This document shows, piece by piece, positions 12,793-26,625 of a stretch of DNA of 64,000 bases; position 1 is the first letter of the stretch, and the number at the start of each line of letters is the position of its first letter. A program made the translations under genes and the position numbers. This DNA comes from Octopus sinensis (lineage: Eukaryota), in assembly GCF_006345805.1 (NCBI RefSeq), contig NC_042999.1, forward strand, positions 114,576,001 through 114,640,000. Reading direction: 5' to 3'. The notes under the pieces were generated by a model. The model did no database searches, had not been told where the DNA came from, and saw only the letters and a program-made list of their open reading frames with translations.

Positions 12793-13138
12793 TGTATTAA
12801 TATGTATTAGCACACACACATACATATATTCACACACTCACGGATGCTTACATGCGTCACGCGAATACACACACATATATACGAAACCGTGCAGGGTGCT
12901 GTAAGGCTGTCTATATATTAAAAGACAGCAGACGACAACCCCATTCTCTGACGTTAATGTCTTCGGTAAACGTTGACCAGCGAATGAAACGACACCTACT
13001 CTGACGTTATTTCAATTTGCTACCTTTCAGCATAAAATTTCCTCTAATTATTTAGTTTGATCAGTACAACTTTCATTACTCACGCAAATTGATGAATCAA
13101 GTGCCACCGAACAAACCTCTTCCCTTCTTTCTTTATTT

Positions 13139-13174
<36 letters not shown>

Positions 13175-13225
13175 TCGTTCTTTTATTCTTCACTTTTATC
13201 GTTTCTCTTATTTCTTTTAAAGCAG

Positions 13226-13302
<77 letters not shown>

Positions 13303-13894
13303 CATTATTATTATTATTATTATTATTTGTTGTTGTTGTTGTTGTTGATGACGTTATTCTTGTTGTTGCAGCTTCTTTTTGTTTCGTTTTCATTTTCTTC
13401 TGACTAGGAGAAAAGCGAAGGCATATTTCAAGTATGTGTACTTTTTTGTGGGTGTTTGTATGTATGTATGAATGTATGTATGAATGTATGTATGTATGTG
13501 TGTAGGAGTGTGTGTGTATAGGAGTGTGTGAGTATGTGCGTGTAGGAGTGTATGTATAGGAGTGTGTGAGTGTAGGAGTGTGTGTGTGTACATAGCGTGC
13601 CTTATTCGTCCTCTTGATTCATTTTCTCTGTCAATGCAATGAAATTTCTAACAATAAGAAGTCATTCTGTTATAGCAGCAAGGACAACAGATGTGGTTAA
13701 CTTTTAATAGAGACTTCCATGTAACTTTTATTGATTCAACCCGAGGGTATTGTGCAAAACAAGGAATTAGTTCTATGTAAATGCTGGGGATCTAGGCTTC
13801 GAACGAACTGTTTTCAGCTGAAACTATTAGAAGGACTTCAATAATGCAACGGTAGTGCCGTAAGTTGCAAATAAACAGTTTCTGATGAATACCG

Positions 13895-13937
<43 letters not shown>

Positions 13938-16900
13938 TGTATGTGTGCGCATGTGTGTCTTTGTATGTGTGTTGTAGAGGAAGAGGGAGAAAGAGAAAGA
14001 AAGAGAGAACGTCCTGATCGTTTCAAACAGTAATTGAATATCGCAGTAGTGAAATGCAAACTAAATTTGCGAAGCAGCTGATATTGATGTGATAAGCAAA
14101 CACAACAGGCCGCTATACATCGGAAACTGGGGTTCTCTAATCATCTTAAATTAGGCGATTGTTCGCTGCAGGGGAAGGTTGTGTTGTGTGAGAGACGGTG
14201 GTGTTTAAAAGGAATTATAGTTACCAACATATCATGTAGAGCAGGTAGGCTCCTATTTAGACGACGGTGGAAATTTGTCAAAATAGAATTATCTAAGACG
14301 TTTAAAGGGCACTCATTCACAATAGACTGTAATTTCCCTAAAGACCTACTCAGAAACAAGAGGGTAAAACAAAATAATAATAATAATAATAATAGATAGA
14401 AATAAATGAATAAAAATAAGAAGAACGCGTCGGGTGGTTAGGAATAAAGAGGAAGTATGAAGTGAACGAGGCAAAGTGGAAAAAGAAAGCAATGTTGTTG
14501 AGATGGATGGGATGGCGGAAAGTGGGAGAGCGCAGAGGGGGATGGTTTGTTGACAAAACGCAAGAGAAGGAAATGGGAGGAAATCATTCCAATTTCAACA
14601 TGGAATGATAGCAAACACTGGAAATGGCTTCATTCATATAATCATGTAATTCACAAATGATATATCATTGCCGATTTGATGACAAGCTGTGAAACTGTTC
14701 TACACTAGTTCAAGCCTTTACAATGGCTAAATTGATAATAGATCTCGTGAAATGAAGGTAAAATAGCAATCAATATGGCTGGCACTACACTGAAGCTCCA
14801 AAGATTGCTTATGGAACTGAAATGTTCCATGCAACACGTATTATCTGCAATCAGTGATCTTACTAATATGTCTTTCTGTAGAAACAGAAAAGGAAAATAA
14901 AGAAAGCTTCTAACAATGCAGAAAGTTTTATAAAAACAAAAATTTATATTTCAGGTGCTAAATCCCATCCTCAGAAGGAAGAAGTCCAAGATTTCGTTAT
15001 TTTATTTGAACTGCTCGGCGTTTGGGTTAGCAGTAGTAGCATCTCTTCAGCTGTGGGTCTTTCTTTCAACTGTATCTTCGGATAGATTCCTTTTTGAAGG
15101 CTTTCTAAAATAGGGAGAGTTTTCTGAAGGGAAATAATCATATTCTGTTAACCAGTGATATTTACAAGCTCACCTACCGTTAGAGAGTTTGAGGCAGCTA
15201 GAATGAATACAGTCCGATATCTATTCCTGACTGCGCACACATTTCATTATTTTGATAGGAAATGGCAACTAGGTACAAGGCTAAAGTATGTAGAAAGAGT
15301 ACATAAACTATTGGATTGATATATTATATGACTGCTGCTACTTATTTTATCAAGAAAGCAAAATATAATCGATCACAGCAGGTGTTGAACTTAGAACTTA
15401 GAGGAATCGAAGAAGGTATTTGGTGGGGGTTGCGTTTTAACTATCTCCTCCATCAAAATATTGATTAACAAGTATTATTGTGGTAAAATATTTCTTAAAT
15501 TTGACAATTAAGTGTTATCGTCATCGTTTACAGAGAATATTCATTATACATTTCGGTTTCTTCTGAATTACTTTAATGTCACATTAAGATACCCGAGAAA
15601 TGAGTATTTAACGGATATAGAGTTCGTTAATCAAGTGTCGCGGTTAGTTACATTCGAACTGAAAAAAATTAATAAAAGAGATAATTAAGGCTCCAATTTG
15701 ATTGGAATGAACAATTCAGTAGATAAAAGTATTGAAAATAACAAAAGTTAAAAAACAAATTGGCGCAATGCCTACTGGGTAGTAAGTATGAAAATGGAGA
15801 GTGAAAAAACTATATTTATATATAATAACACAAGGAAATAATGAAGTGGAATAAATAAATTACGCTGTCCTGTAGCTAGTCCCACCACTTTCCATTTTAT
15901 GAAAAAGTCAGTGTGTAAAGCTTATTCGAAAACAAACTCGTAATTACTATTGCCGGAGTAAAAACATTAGTGAGATATTTAACAAATATTGCATCTATTC
16001 TCAAATATGTTTCCACAACATTGAGCTAATAACACCAGTTACAACAACCAACAGAAATTTTATATAAAAATCTGACTTATTTCTACGAATATTTGAAATT
16101 AGTTGCCAAAGCTATGAATGAAATTTCTATCTAGCGTTGATAATCTCTTTGATGTTTCCGAGTCATAAAACTGCTCTCTAGCCAAGCGAGAACCTTGTTA
16201 AATGAATACAATGTCCAATGAATGTCCGTTCAATGTTTTTCTATGTAGAACTTCATAATAATGGATACTCAGAAGCGTTTTAGCACCACATAAAAAGATA
16301 AAATCTTCTAGAAAATTGCTTTCTGCCTTAATTTTTCTTAACCAAACGTTTAAGCAGTTGTACGCATCAGAGAAGATTCTTGTTTCAAATAACGGCAACT
16401 AATATACTTATATGTACATTTCTATTGCAATTTTCTGCGAGAAAAAATAGAGGTTGGGGGTGATGGTTTTATTGGTTAAACCAATGGATGAGAGATAAGG
16501 GATAAATTTTATCTGAAACCCTGTTTGATTTTGAAGCGATTTCAAAAGATTCCGATGTGGTGAATGACCAAAAACGATTGCTCAATGAAAATTATTTTGT
16601 TCTCGGCCCAAACTGCGACTAGTACAAAGAGAAGAAAAAAATAACAGAATAATGTTAAATGTCCCCCCAGTGAAAGACGAAGAGGTTACAGTTTATTTAT
16701 CATTGACAACTTTCTTCAATGTTGATTCCTTCAGTTTACTCGCGTGTTTGGATCATTGAACATGAATGAAGGTTCCGTTAGGTTTATAATTATCTTTGCC
16801 CATGCAGAACAGCGATTTGTGGAAGGAGAATACTACTTTTCCGTCAATAAAGTACCAAAAGATTTACTTGTGAAGCAAATAGGATAAAGTAAAAAGAAAG

Positions 16901-17562
16901 AAGAAGAAAGCTAAAGATAAAAGGAATAGGGAGATAGAACGGAGAGGAGATGAGAAAAAGATGGAAAAGAGCAAGAATATGATAGAAATAATAAATAATG
17001 AAAGACAGAAAGAAATATACAGAGAAAAAATAGAGAGGTGGGAGGTCGAATAACTGTGGAGGATGGAAGAGAACATCTCAGTGTGACAACGCATAGAAAA
17101 TGGCGATGGTGGAGTAAAATAAAGAGTATGAGAGAGAGAGAGAGGGCGAAAAAGAAACCAAAATAATGAAACAGAAAGAGTAAGATAAAGATTAAGAGAA
17201 AGAGAAAGAATGATACGATAGAAAGATCTGAATTGAAAAGATGGGAAATGTTTGGAAAGGAGAGATGCGGGAGCGAATATATTCAAAGAATATTGCTAAA
17301 TCTTCTCTGACAACAAATAGTTTTAATATACAGACATTAGGCAAAACTTTTATCGACATCAACGAGCCAATTTACTTTTATTGCTGACTGCATTAAACAT
17401 TAAAAAGAATCAACACATATATACACACATACAAGTAAATACTACATACGGGACACGCTCATACATACTCATAAAAATATAAGCAAAGAAGCACATATTG
17501 TTTTCTCTGTGTGTGTGTGTATATATATCTGTATATGTATATATATATAAGTGTATGTGTAT

Positions 17563-17599
<37 letters not shown>

Positions 17600-17683
17600 G
17601 TTAAATACAACACACACAAATATATGTTACTGTGTGCCATCCCTCTTTTTCCAATTCTCAAATATACATACACACATATATGC

Positions 17684-17734
<51 letters not shown>

Positions 17735-18411
17735 TGCAGTAAAGTACAAAGATATATGTGTGATTATACATACATGCACACATAAACTTATACACATATC
17801 AGTATATATGTACGAACATATGTATGCATATGTGTATGTATGTATGTATGTATGTATGTATGTATGTATGTATGTATGTATTATATATATATATGTATGT
17901 GTGTGTGTGTGTGTATGCATATATACACTCATACAAATACACACACAGGCATACACGCACGCACACACACACACACACACACCACACACACACACACATA
18001 CACACACACACACACACACACATGAACATAAATACACAGAGATACTTTTAAGTACATTCGTACAAAATTCAATTTTAATAAAACTTCTGATCGTCACTTT
18101 TTACTTATATCTGCTCTCCAGTGGGGAATTAAAGCACTTGGCCGCCATTGCTAACAGTCGAAAATCATTTTTCGTTTGAAGAAACATGGCGCCTAATCAT
18201 ATAACGCTCAAAGACACTGTTTTTAATGACCAATAGAATACTTGTGGCGAGTTTATGTACCATAAATACTTTAAGTGACGGCAAGAGATTTCTTCTGCTT
18301 TATACGAGAAGAAAAACACGCAGCAATCTACAATTGAAATAGAGAGCTGGCGACATTGTTTGGCGATTGGGAATACATCATGATTGTTATTATTGAACAT
18401 ATATACATACA

Positions 18412-18447
<36 letters not shown>

Positions 18448-18511
18448 TACGTATATACATACGCGCATAAACTAACATACACATATATACATACATGTAT
18501 GTATGTATATC

Positions 18512-18564
<53 letters not shown>

Positions 18565-19682
18565 GTATGTATATAAGTATATATAGTGTGCTTGTACGTA
18601 TGTGTATGTGTATTGGCATTTTTATGTGAACACATATATTTATAAGTATAATTCAGTATATAACCATTTGTATACATGTATGTATATGTGTGATTGTACA
18701 GATTTCTTTGTGTGTGAGTGTGTCTACATAAGTGTAAACATGCAGTTTGTGAATTTGTACATATGTGTGAGTCGTGTGTGTGTGTGTTTGTGTGTGTGTG
18801 TAATCGCGTGTAAGACGGGTGTATTGTTACAAATCTGTAATAACAAGTTTGTGACATGCATCATCAACGGCATGGTGTGTGAGCGGTTAAACCGGGATTG
18901 AATAAGAAACACATGATGAGTTCAAAGGGGTAAATTGAATAGGATTCAAAGGACGCCAGTAGCTCCGCCTAAACTGCATGATACCCTGCTTAGGGATATC
19001 GACTGTATAAATCATATCATGTCGCCTGTAATAACTATGTTTAGACATTAACATTGATTTCAAACAGGAGCTCAATGGTAACATAATTAGAGGTTTTTTT
19101 TTACTGGTATATGGACGCAATACGCCATGGGTACATATTTTGTCGGCCCCCCGGAAGCATCTTAAAAGAATGTAGCCAACAGTATACTACAAATGGTTTA
19201 ATTGTCCGGCGTTCTACCGATTCTGCTAATTTACCAGCTTATGTTTGACGGCGATTTAACAGAGTTGTTACAGTGTAGAATAGAATCCTTGGCAGTATTT
19301 CCGACTTCCTTTATTCTAAGTCTAAATCTCGCCGATGTCATCTTTGTTTTTGATCTATTAGAGCGGAGGGGGAAGTCATAAAGTAAAATATCAGTCAGTT
19401 CTGTTCTCTCTCCTCCTCTCTCTGTCTCTCTTTCTCTCCTCCTTCTCCTCCTCCCTGCCTCCCTCTCCCCCTCTCGCTTACCTCTCTCTACCCTCTCTCC
19501 TGCTCTCTCTCAACCTCTCTCCACATCTCCTCTTCCTCCATCTCCATCTCCACACTCTCTCCCCCAGCACTGCTCCTGTCTCTCTCCCTCTGTCTCTCTC
19601 TCTCCTGTGTCTCTCCCCTCCTCCATTATTTCTCTCCGATTTTTTTCCACGAGAAGGAGCGTAGAGGATCACTCAGAACGTT

Positions 19683-21709
19683 CCTTTCTCCAAAAAGTGG
19701 GGCAGATTTGCGTAAAGGAGCACAGCATCTTCTTCTCGTATAGATACTAGGACGATACTGACCGACTTGATGTGCAGTGAATCACAGAAAGGAAAGAAAG
19801 GCCTACTTCTGTTTTCCTTTTTCATTTTTCGTTACCATAGGAAGAAACGGTAGTGGTCATGATCCTTTAAATGGCTCCCGAGACTGGTGGGAAAGCGTGA
19901 GGGATGCATCCTCAAAACGCTTGCAACAAAGTGGGTTCTACTAAAGCACATAAGCACAAAGAGGTGTTAAACCAGGCGATTGATAAAATCAACCACATAA
20001 ATTGAGCACAGCGAGATTTGGAGTCTAAACGTAAATTGTAAGAACAGATACGGCAAGACTTTTTAACGATTCTACCAGACAACTCACCCAACCTGGAAGT
20101 TTGTTTATCGATCCCGAAAGAAGGCAAGTCAAAGTTTATATTAACGAGATTTGAACCCAGAACGCAAAAGTCCCGAATAAATACAAAGCATATATGTTTC
20201 TTTAACAACTCAGCCAAATCGCCATCTGTAGCCATTATGATTCATTTCAAAATTTGGCACAAGGCCAGCAATTTCGGGTAGTGGTCGTGGGGTGGGGGTA
20301 AGACGATTAAATCGACTCCAGTGCGAAACTGGTATTTATTTTATCGACCCCGAAAGAGTGAAAGGCAAAGTTGACCTAGGTGGAATTTGAACTCAGAACA
20401 TAAAGACGGACAAAATAATGCTAACGATCAGTCAGCTCGCCACCTTATGTAGCCATTATAATCGGTTTCAAATCTTGGCACGAGGTCAGCAGTTTTGGGA
20501 GAGGGGTAAGTCGATTACATCGATCTCATTGTTTAACTGATGCTTATTTTATCGACTCAGGAAGGATAAAAGACAATGTCAACCTCGGTAGTATTTGAAC
20601 TCAGAATGTAAAGGGGGAAGAAGTGCCACTAAGCATTTTATTCGGCATGCTAATGATTCAGCCACCTTTTCTACTCTAGCACAAGGTCCGAAAGTTTGGG
20701 GAAGGTGGCCAATCGATTAGATCGACACCAGTACGCAACTGGTACTTAATTGATCGACCTCGAAAGGATGAAAGACAAAGACGACCTCGGTGGAATTTGA
20801 ACTCAGAACGTAACGGTTGACGAAATACCTATTTCTTTACTACCCACAAGGGGCTTAACACAGAGAGGGCAAACAAGGACAGACAAACTGATTAAGTCGA
20901 TTATATCGACCTCAGTGCGTAACTGGTACTTATTTAATCGACCCTGAAAGGATGAAAGGCAAAGTCGACCTCGTCGGAATTTGAACTCAGAACGTCGCAG
21001 CCGACGAAATACCGCTAAGCATTTCGCCCGGCGTGCTAACGTTTCTTATTTCTTTATTGCCCACAAGGGGCTAAACATAGAGGGGACAAACAAGGACAGA
21101 AAAAGGGATTAAGATCGACCCCAGTGCGTGACTGGTACTTAGTTTATAAACCCCGAAAGGACGAAAGGCAAAGTCGACCGCGGCGGAACTTGAACTCAGA
21201 ACGTAGCGGCAGACGAAATACCGCTCGCCCGACGTGCTAACGATTCTGCCAGCTCGCTGCCTTATTTAGTCATTAGAATTAGAAATACTTATCTCGATGT
21301 CTTTAACCTGGCAGAACTGATATTTGAATTGTCTAGGTTCAAGTGATGTCTAAGAGTCTCTTCCATCTTATATATTTGTTCATTTATTTGTAATGTGTTT
21401 TGAGGCTGTAATGCAGGCATGGGCAACATTTATCGAGGAGCGAGCCGCATCACTAAAAGACTCATGATAGTTTTTCGGTGGGCGTGCCATTCAGAAAATC
21501 ACGCAACTCGCAGTTTACCCATGACTGCTATAAGGAACTCCTTTACCATACAGCTACTGGTTTCTAGGAAAGCGTACACTTAGATTATTAGTTGGGAGCC
21601 ATTTCGTTTCGTTATATTGACGTTATACGGTCAGTATCGTACTAGTATCTCTACGAGAAGAGGATGCTGGGCCCCTTTACGCAAATCTGCCCCACTTTTT
21701 GGAGAAAGG
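19683..21709. repeat. 82-bp inverted repeat pair (19683-19764 and 21628-21709)
   Basis: Manual alignment gives 77/82 identity in opposite orientation. Confidence 0.85.
20040..21265 (-). mobile_element. Head-to-tail array of about six SINE family A copies
   Basis: The GAATTTGAACTCAGAAC / GAAAGGCAAAGTCGACC / TATCGACCCCGAAAG motifs recur about every 200 bp, all on the minus strand. Confidence 0.9.
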
Positions 21710-21724
21710 ATTCGGACGAACAAA

Positions 21725-21850
21725 TTGGCACCAGTGCAATTTTTTTTTAAAGCCTGGTACTTATTCTGTTAACATCTTTTTGCCAAACCTACCAAACCGC
21801 TAATGTTTCGGGGATGTAAACAAACCAACCACAGTGGTGAGGGACAAACA

Positions 21851-21899
<49 letters not shown>

Positions 21900-22560
21900 T
21901 ATTCTTTAACAAGATTAGTATTGACAGTGATTTCGTAGTCTAAGCCAATGATGGTTTTTCTGGCCGAAACTTCGAAGTTACTGCCAATGCTGTTTTTGTT
22001 AAAGAATAATAATTTTCTGCTCTACAAAAGTATGGAGTAACCTTTCGGATTAATGTAAAAATTGTTGTTATTGTAACTGAACACACCAGGCAAAACGCTT
22101 GGCAGCATTTCGTTCATCTTTACATTTTGAGTTCAAATTCGCTGAGGTCGACTTTGCATTTCCCTCTAGTTAACTCTCTCATATCGTCTTTGATGAAGGA
22201 CTATCCCTAATATTCCAGAAAAGACTACCTTTAAGACTACCTTTCTCTTTATAAATGCCCTTTATAAATTCCACATAGCCTTGGCTTTGTTGTCTCATTT
22301 TATTTAACACACACACACACATACACACACATATATATATATGTATTTATGTATTTATGTATGTATGTATGTATATATGACGAGCCTCTTTGCTTCTTCC
22401 ATTTTGTGTCTATTATATCCATTTACAAGATATTGGTCGCCCCACAGCTGTAGTAGAAGACAATAATTGATCAAGGTGCCACGCAATGGGATTGAACTCG
22501 AAACCAAGTGGCTGGGAAACACATTTCTTTACCATACAGCTACGCCGGCACCTAAAAAGT
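21725..22560 (-). mobile_element. SINE family B split at its internal microsatellite by about 500 bp of other sequence
   Basis: 3' half at about 21725-21850 and 5' half at about 22378-22560. Between them: (CA)n, a partial SINE A and the H3 repeat. Confidence 0.6.
22186..22225 (+). ncRNA. Hammerhead-like motif family H3, stem III deleted
   Basis: GTCT-TTGATGA-A-GGA..TCC-A-GAAA-AGAC; homologous to 2587-2634. Confidence 0.4.
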
Positions 22561-23363
22561 AGGTGGAAAGTTTGTTTGTGTGTTTGTTTGTTTGTTTTTG
22601 TAAGATGGCTAGATGTGAATTTAGGTAAATGTGGTTGCTACATCAGGTGATTCGATGCTTCTTCTGGTTGTTGTCGCAAAGAATATCTTTAAGCAGAATG
22701 AAGTGCAGAGTCGGAGACCAAAATGGCAACTAGTTATTCCGGTCTTTAGTACTACACTGTGATTACGGGAAAGACACTTAACTATCACTGCTTTGGTAAA
22801 AAATATAGCGTAAAGCGAGGAAATTCCATCCTAGGACACAAAAGAATTGAAGTTTCACCAACCTCTTCTGAGGGAACCTGTCTATGGTCATTTACCTTGC
22901 TAGAAATAATAGTCAACTTTCGTCTCAAATTACACTCAGCTGTCTTAACGGGAGATACGTTGTGTAATGTGGATATGTTAAATAATGTTGAGTTACATGA
23001 CTCTAGCAAAGATAAACAGGATGGTCAGTTCAGTGTACTTTTTCACCACAACTTTCTCTCACTCTTTCTTCCTACTTCTGCCACAAAGCAGAGGAATCAT
23101 GGTTTAACCTACTATGGTGTGGTAAACTTTCAGACCCTAGTCTAGATTACGAATTCTCTGTATACCAGGATGGTTCAGCTCTCCACCCGTTAAAAGCCAC
23201 CGTTTACGGAATGAGGATAACAACGTAGCTTTCGCACTCGTGCAACCACCAGTTTATCGCGTGTGGTGGGTAGATCTTCAAGTTGCCACACGCATTCTTA
23301 GTAGCTTAGATTAGACTCGAATTAGAGATTATTCTTTGTGGCTAATGGCGTGAAACCTGATTG

Positions 23364-23487
23364 GAAGAAGAAGAAGAGAAGAAGAAGAAGAAGAAGAAGA
23401 AGAAGAAGAAGAAGAAGAAGAAGAAGAAGAAGAAGAAGAAGAAGAAGAAGAAGAAGAAGAAGAAGAAGAAGAAGAAGAAGAAGAAGA
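23364..23487. repeat. (GAA)n microsatellite
   Basis: Direct reading; source of the poly-R, poly-S and poly-F ORFs. Confidence 0.98.
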
Positions 23488-23949
23488 CAGCAGCGACAGC
23501 AACGACAACCACAACCGCATTACTTGCGCGCAATTGAGAGAATCTCAAATCATATTCTACCGTTTTAAAAAAGAAAACATTGAATAATGTAGTCCTTGAT
23601 GGACTATGCCTCATCAAAAGACAAGATATAGACAGCTGGAATGTCTTTGGTCATAGGTTTACTCATCTATTGAACAACCACCATTACCACAACAACAACG
23701 ACGAGAACGAAAAACAACGATAACAATTGTACTACAAGCAATACGACTGTTATTGTTAGTAATCAGTAATCTAAATGGCAATCAGTCTCACAGAAATACC
23801 TCTTTGTTCTCCATAACAACACCCAGGATGTTTCCAATTAAAATATTTTAATTCTTTAGACTAGCTGTCCCCACCTCTTTTGCATCAATTTTTCAAGGGA
23901 CGGGAGATCACGTGCATAACAAAATACTATAAAATGCATAATATACAAT

Positions 23950-24735
23950 TCATTCATTACATATATAATGATTTCATATATTGGCAGCAATTTCCGTGGT
24001 CGAGACAATGGAATTTACCATGCTACGCCAGACTTCACGGTCCATCATGGCATTACGGAGGTCCTGTTGCTGGATGCCCGTATCCCTGGAGATTACATCA
24101 GGGTAGGAGAGTGTGCGCCCTCTGGTATTGCGAGTAGATGGCTTCCAGAGAAGAAGAGTAGAAATTACTTCTTTTTCAGCTCTGCAACAATGTCCAGCAA
24201 ACTGAATTCTCCTACCTTTCACAAGAGATGACACAGGTGGTAGTTTCCCATATATTTGCATTTTGGTTGGATGGTGCTTCCACGAGAGATTTTGAGTTCT
24301 CATGAGGAGGCGAGTGTAGGTTCCATCCAACCGCCTCTCAAGCTTCTTTGATAGCGTCCAGGTTTCTGAGCCATATAGTAGAATTGGTTCGACTGTGGCT
24401 TTGAAGATTTCAAGTTTGAAGTCTCTACTTAGATTTGATGACCAGATCTTATGCATGTCATTACAGGCTGACCAGGCCATACCCTTTCTAGTTAGAAAGT
24501 CTTTTCCAGATGATGATATGTATAACCCAAGATATTTATAATCAGAAACCATATTTAAGGGCGCATTGTTGAGAGTATGGATGATGCAATCACTGTTGGA
24601 CAGGCACTTGTTTATGTATTCAGTTTTGGCCTCATTGAGGTAAAGACCTACACAATTTGAGGCTTGTTCAAGAGATTGTAAAAGAGACTGGGCATTGGAG
24701 AGAGAATCACTGATAAGAGCGATGGTATTGTTAAG
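23950..24735 (-). mobile_element. RTE-clade LINE, 5'-truncated, open RT C-terminal frame
   Basis: ORF 23974-24780 contains GLYLNEAKTE, YKYLG, FKATVEPILLYGSETWTL and DREVWR. Homology starts at IALIS, exactly where the YADD motif should be. Confidence 0.9.
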
Positions 24736-25094
24736 ACACAAAGTCTCATTCAAAAACTCATTATATTTACGCACTCTCAATCGTCAGGTCTACTTTCCCA
24801 ACATTTATAAATATAACTACTTCTTATCTAACATTTTTGCCAAAATTAATTACAAGCATATAAGTATAAATAAGTAAATAAATAAAGTCATGAACCTTAT
24901 AACTTTAAGACATAAAAACTTAAGGAATACAAACGGATATGAAATACGACTAAAAATATTTTATGGCTTGGTTGAGTTAATACCGTTTGGAGTTAATGAA
25001 GTTGTGGGTGTTTCTATCTCTAACACTATATATATATATGGTTGAAATTTACAGAAAAACAAAAGACGAAGACATGTGTATGTGTATGTATGTA

Positions 25095-25255
25095 TACATA
25101 CGACGGCCGTCTTACAGTTACCATCTACCAAATCCACTCAAAAGGTTTTGATCGTCCCGAAGCTATAGTAGAAGACGCTTGCCTAAGATGCCACGCAGTA
25201 GGAGTGAACCTGAAACCATGTGGTTGGGGAGCAAGTTTACTATCACACAGCCTTA
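25095..25255 (-). mobile_element. SINE family B, 5' half
   Basis: Reverse complement of the head plus CATCTTAGGCAAG and the GAGTGGATTTGGTAGATGG..GTCGTA segment. Confidence 0.8.
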
Positions 25256-25287
25256 CACACACTGACACATACACACATATATACATA

Positions 25288-26480
25288 CAGGATGTCTCAC
25301 AAAAGCGTAAAAGCGTTGTAACAGCTGATAACTCAATTTTCATTACTGTTTAGATTTAATCCATTTGAAATAATGAAGGTAGACAGACTATCTTTGAACA
25401 AAGAAAATTTGTCGTAAGGTGTAAACGAAAATTTGAAAACGCAGTCGAAATGCTAAAACAATTTAGAAAGAAGTTTCAAACAGATCCACCAATGCCACTT
25501 GTCATCCCTTGTAATAAGGATAAGTTTAAAACAGATGGAACTGTTCAAAATATCCATCAGGAACGTTTCGAAAGACACTACATACCGATGACAGGGTACT
25601 AGAAACGTAATGCTAGAGTTCAAGAATATCTGTGCGGCAAGCGAGTCGTGAGATAGGAATTTCAAAATCAAATGTCCATTGCATTTCGAAGTGCTGTCAT
25701 TGGAAAAGTTAGTCTGAATGATGTCCCGAACCGAAGAGAGGAATTTTGCGAATGGTACTTGGCAAGTTATTTAGAAGAACGTACACTCTCTAAAATTGAT
25801 TGTTTGAAGTGATGAGCGTATATATAAATTAAATGATTCATTTAACCGCTACAATTCCATCTATTGGGGAGCTAAGAATCTGCATATGATGAAGGAACAT
25901 GAGATTAATTTAGTAGGAGCTACACTATAGAGAGGTATATGATGAAAAGTATTAACTAGACCATTCTTTTATAACGGTACTGTGACTGATACAATTTACT
26001 CTAACATGCATTCAAGACTCCTTTGAAGATGTGAGGTTTTATCTCTAGCAAGATGGGACACAGCACATTAGCAAAGTAAGGCTTTTGTGGAGTTTTATCT
26101 CTAGCAAGATGGGACACATCACATTAGCATAGTAATGTAAGGGCTTACCTTCATAAGATTTTGCCACACAAGTTTATTGGACAAACAAGTTCACTTGAAT
26201 ACTGCCTATATTCGCCATACCTCACACCACTGTATTTTTTATGGGAATACTTAAAAGATAAAGTTTACAGTACAAAACCGACAGCAGTTGACGAATTGAA
26301 ATCAGACATTGAACAAGAATACTCAGAAATATCGAACAAAATGTTTCTTGATGTTTGAAATTCTATTGCTTCCCGTTTATCAGGAGTGCCTGGATCAAAA
26401 TAGTAATCAGTTTGAAGGCGTTCTTAAATAAATAAATAATTAAATAAATATATTCTGCTGGGAGATTCCACTTGATTTTA
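25288..26480 (+). mobile_element. Decayed Tc1/mariner (maT/DD37D-like) element with transposase pseudogene
   Basis: TA|CAGGATGTCTCACAAAA end. Fragments: IRDKFKTDGTVQNIH, NREEFCEWYL, QQDG (tandemly duplicated near 26040-26130), YSPYLTPLYFLWEYLKDKVYSTKPT (cf. WPPRSPDLTPLDFFLWGYLKDKVY). Many stops and frameshifts; right TIR not seen. Confidence 0.85.
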
Positions 26481-26589
26481 AAAATGAAATGTATTTTAAT
26501 AAGTATTGACTTTATTATTCAATGTGCGTATACATTCCTGTGCGTATACACCGTATATATATATATATAAATATAAATGTAAATAAATA

Positions 26590-26625
<36 letters not shown>

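Noticed and set aside
14955-15052. Plus-strand exon resembling DRAM/TMEM150 (SAFGLAVVASLQ)
   Set aside because: Good acceptor but only a short partial match, no good donor after the Gln codon, and no other exons of such a gene found.
18122-18180. Strong acceptor (CTCTCCAG) followed by short open frames
   Set aside because: All frames close within 20 codons, there is no donor, and the peptides are unrecognised.
20040-21265. Regularly spaced repeats as a CRISPR-like array
   Set aside because: Units are ~200-bp SINE copies without unique spacers; eukaryotic context and no cas genes.
22759-23145. 128-aa plus-strand ORF
   Set aside because: Non-ATG start, no recognisable motifs, no splice support.
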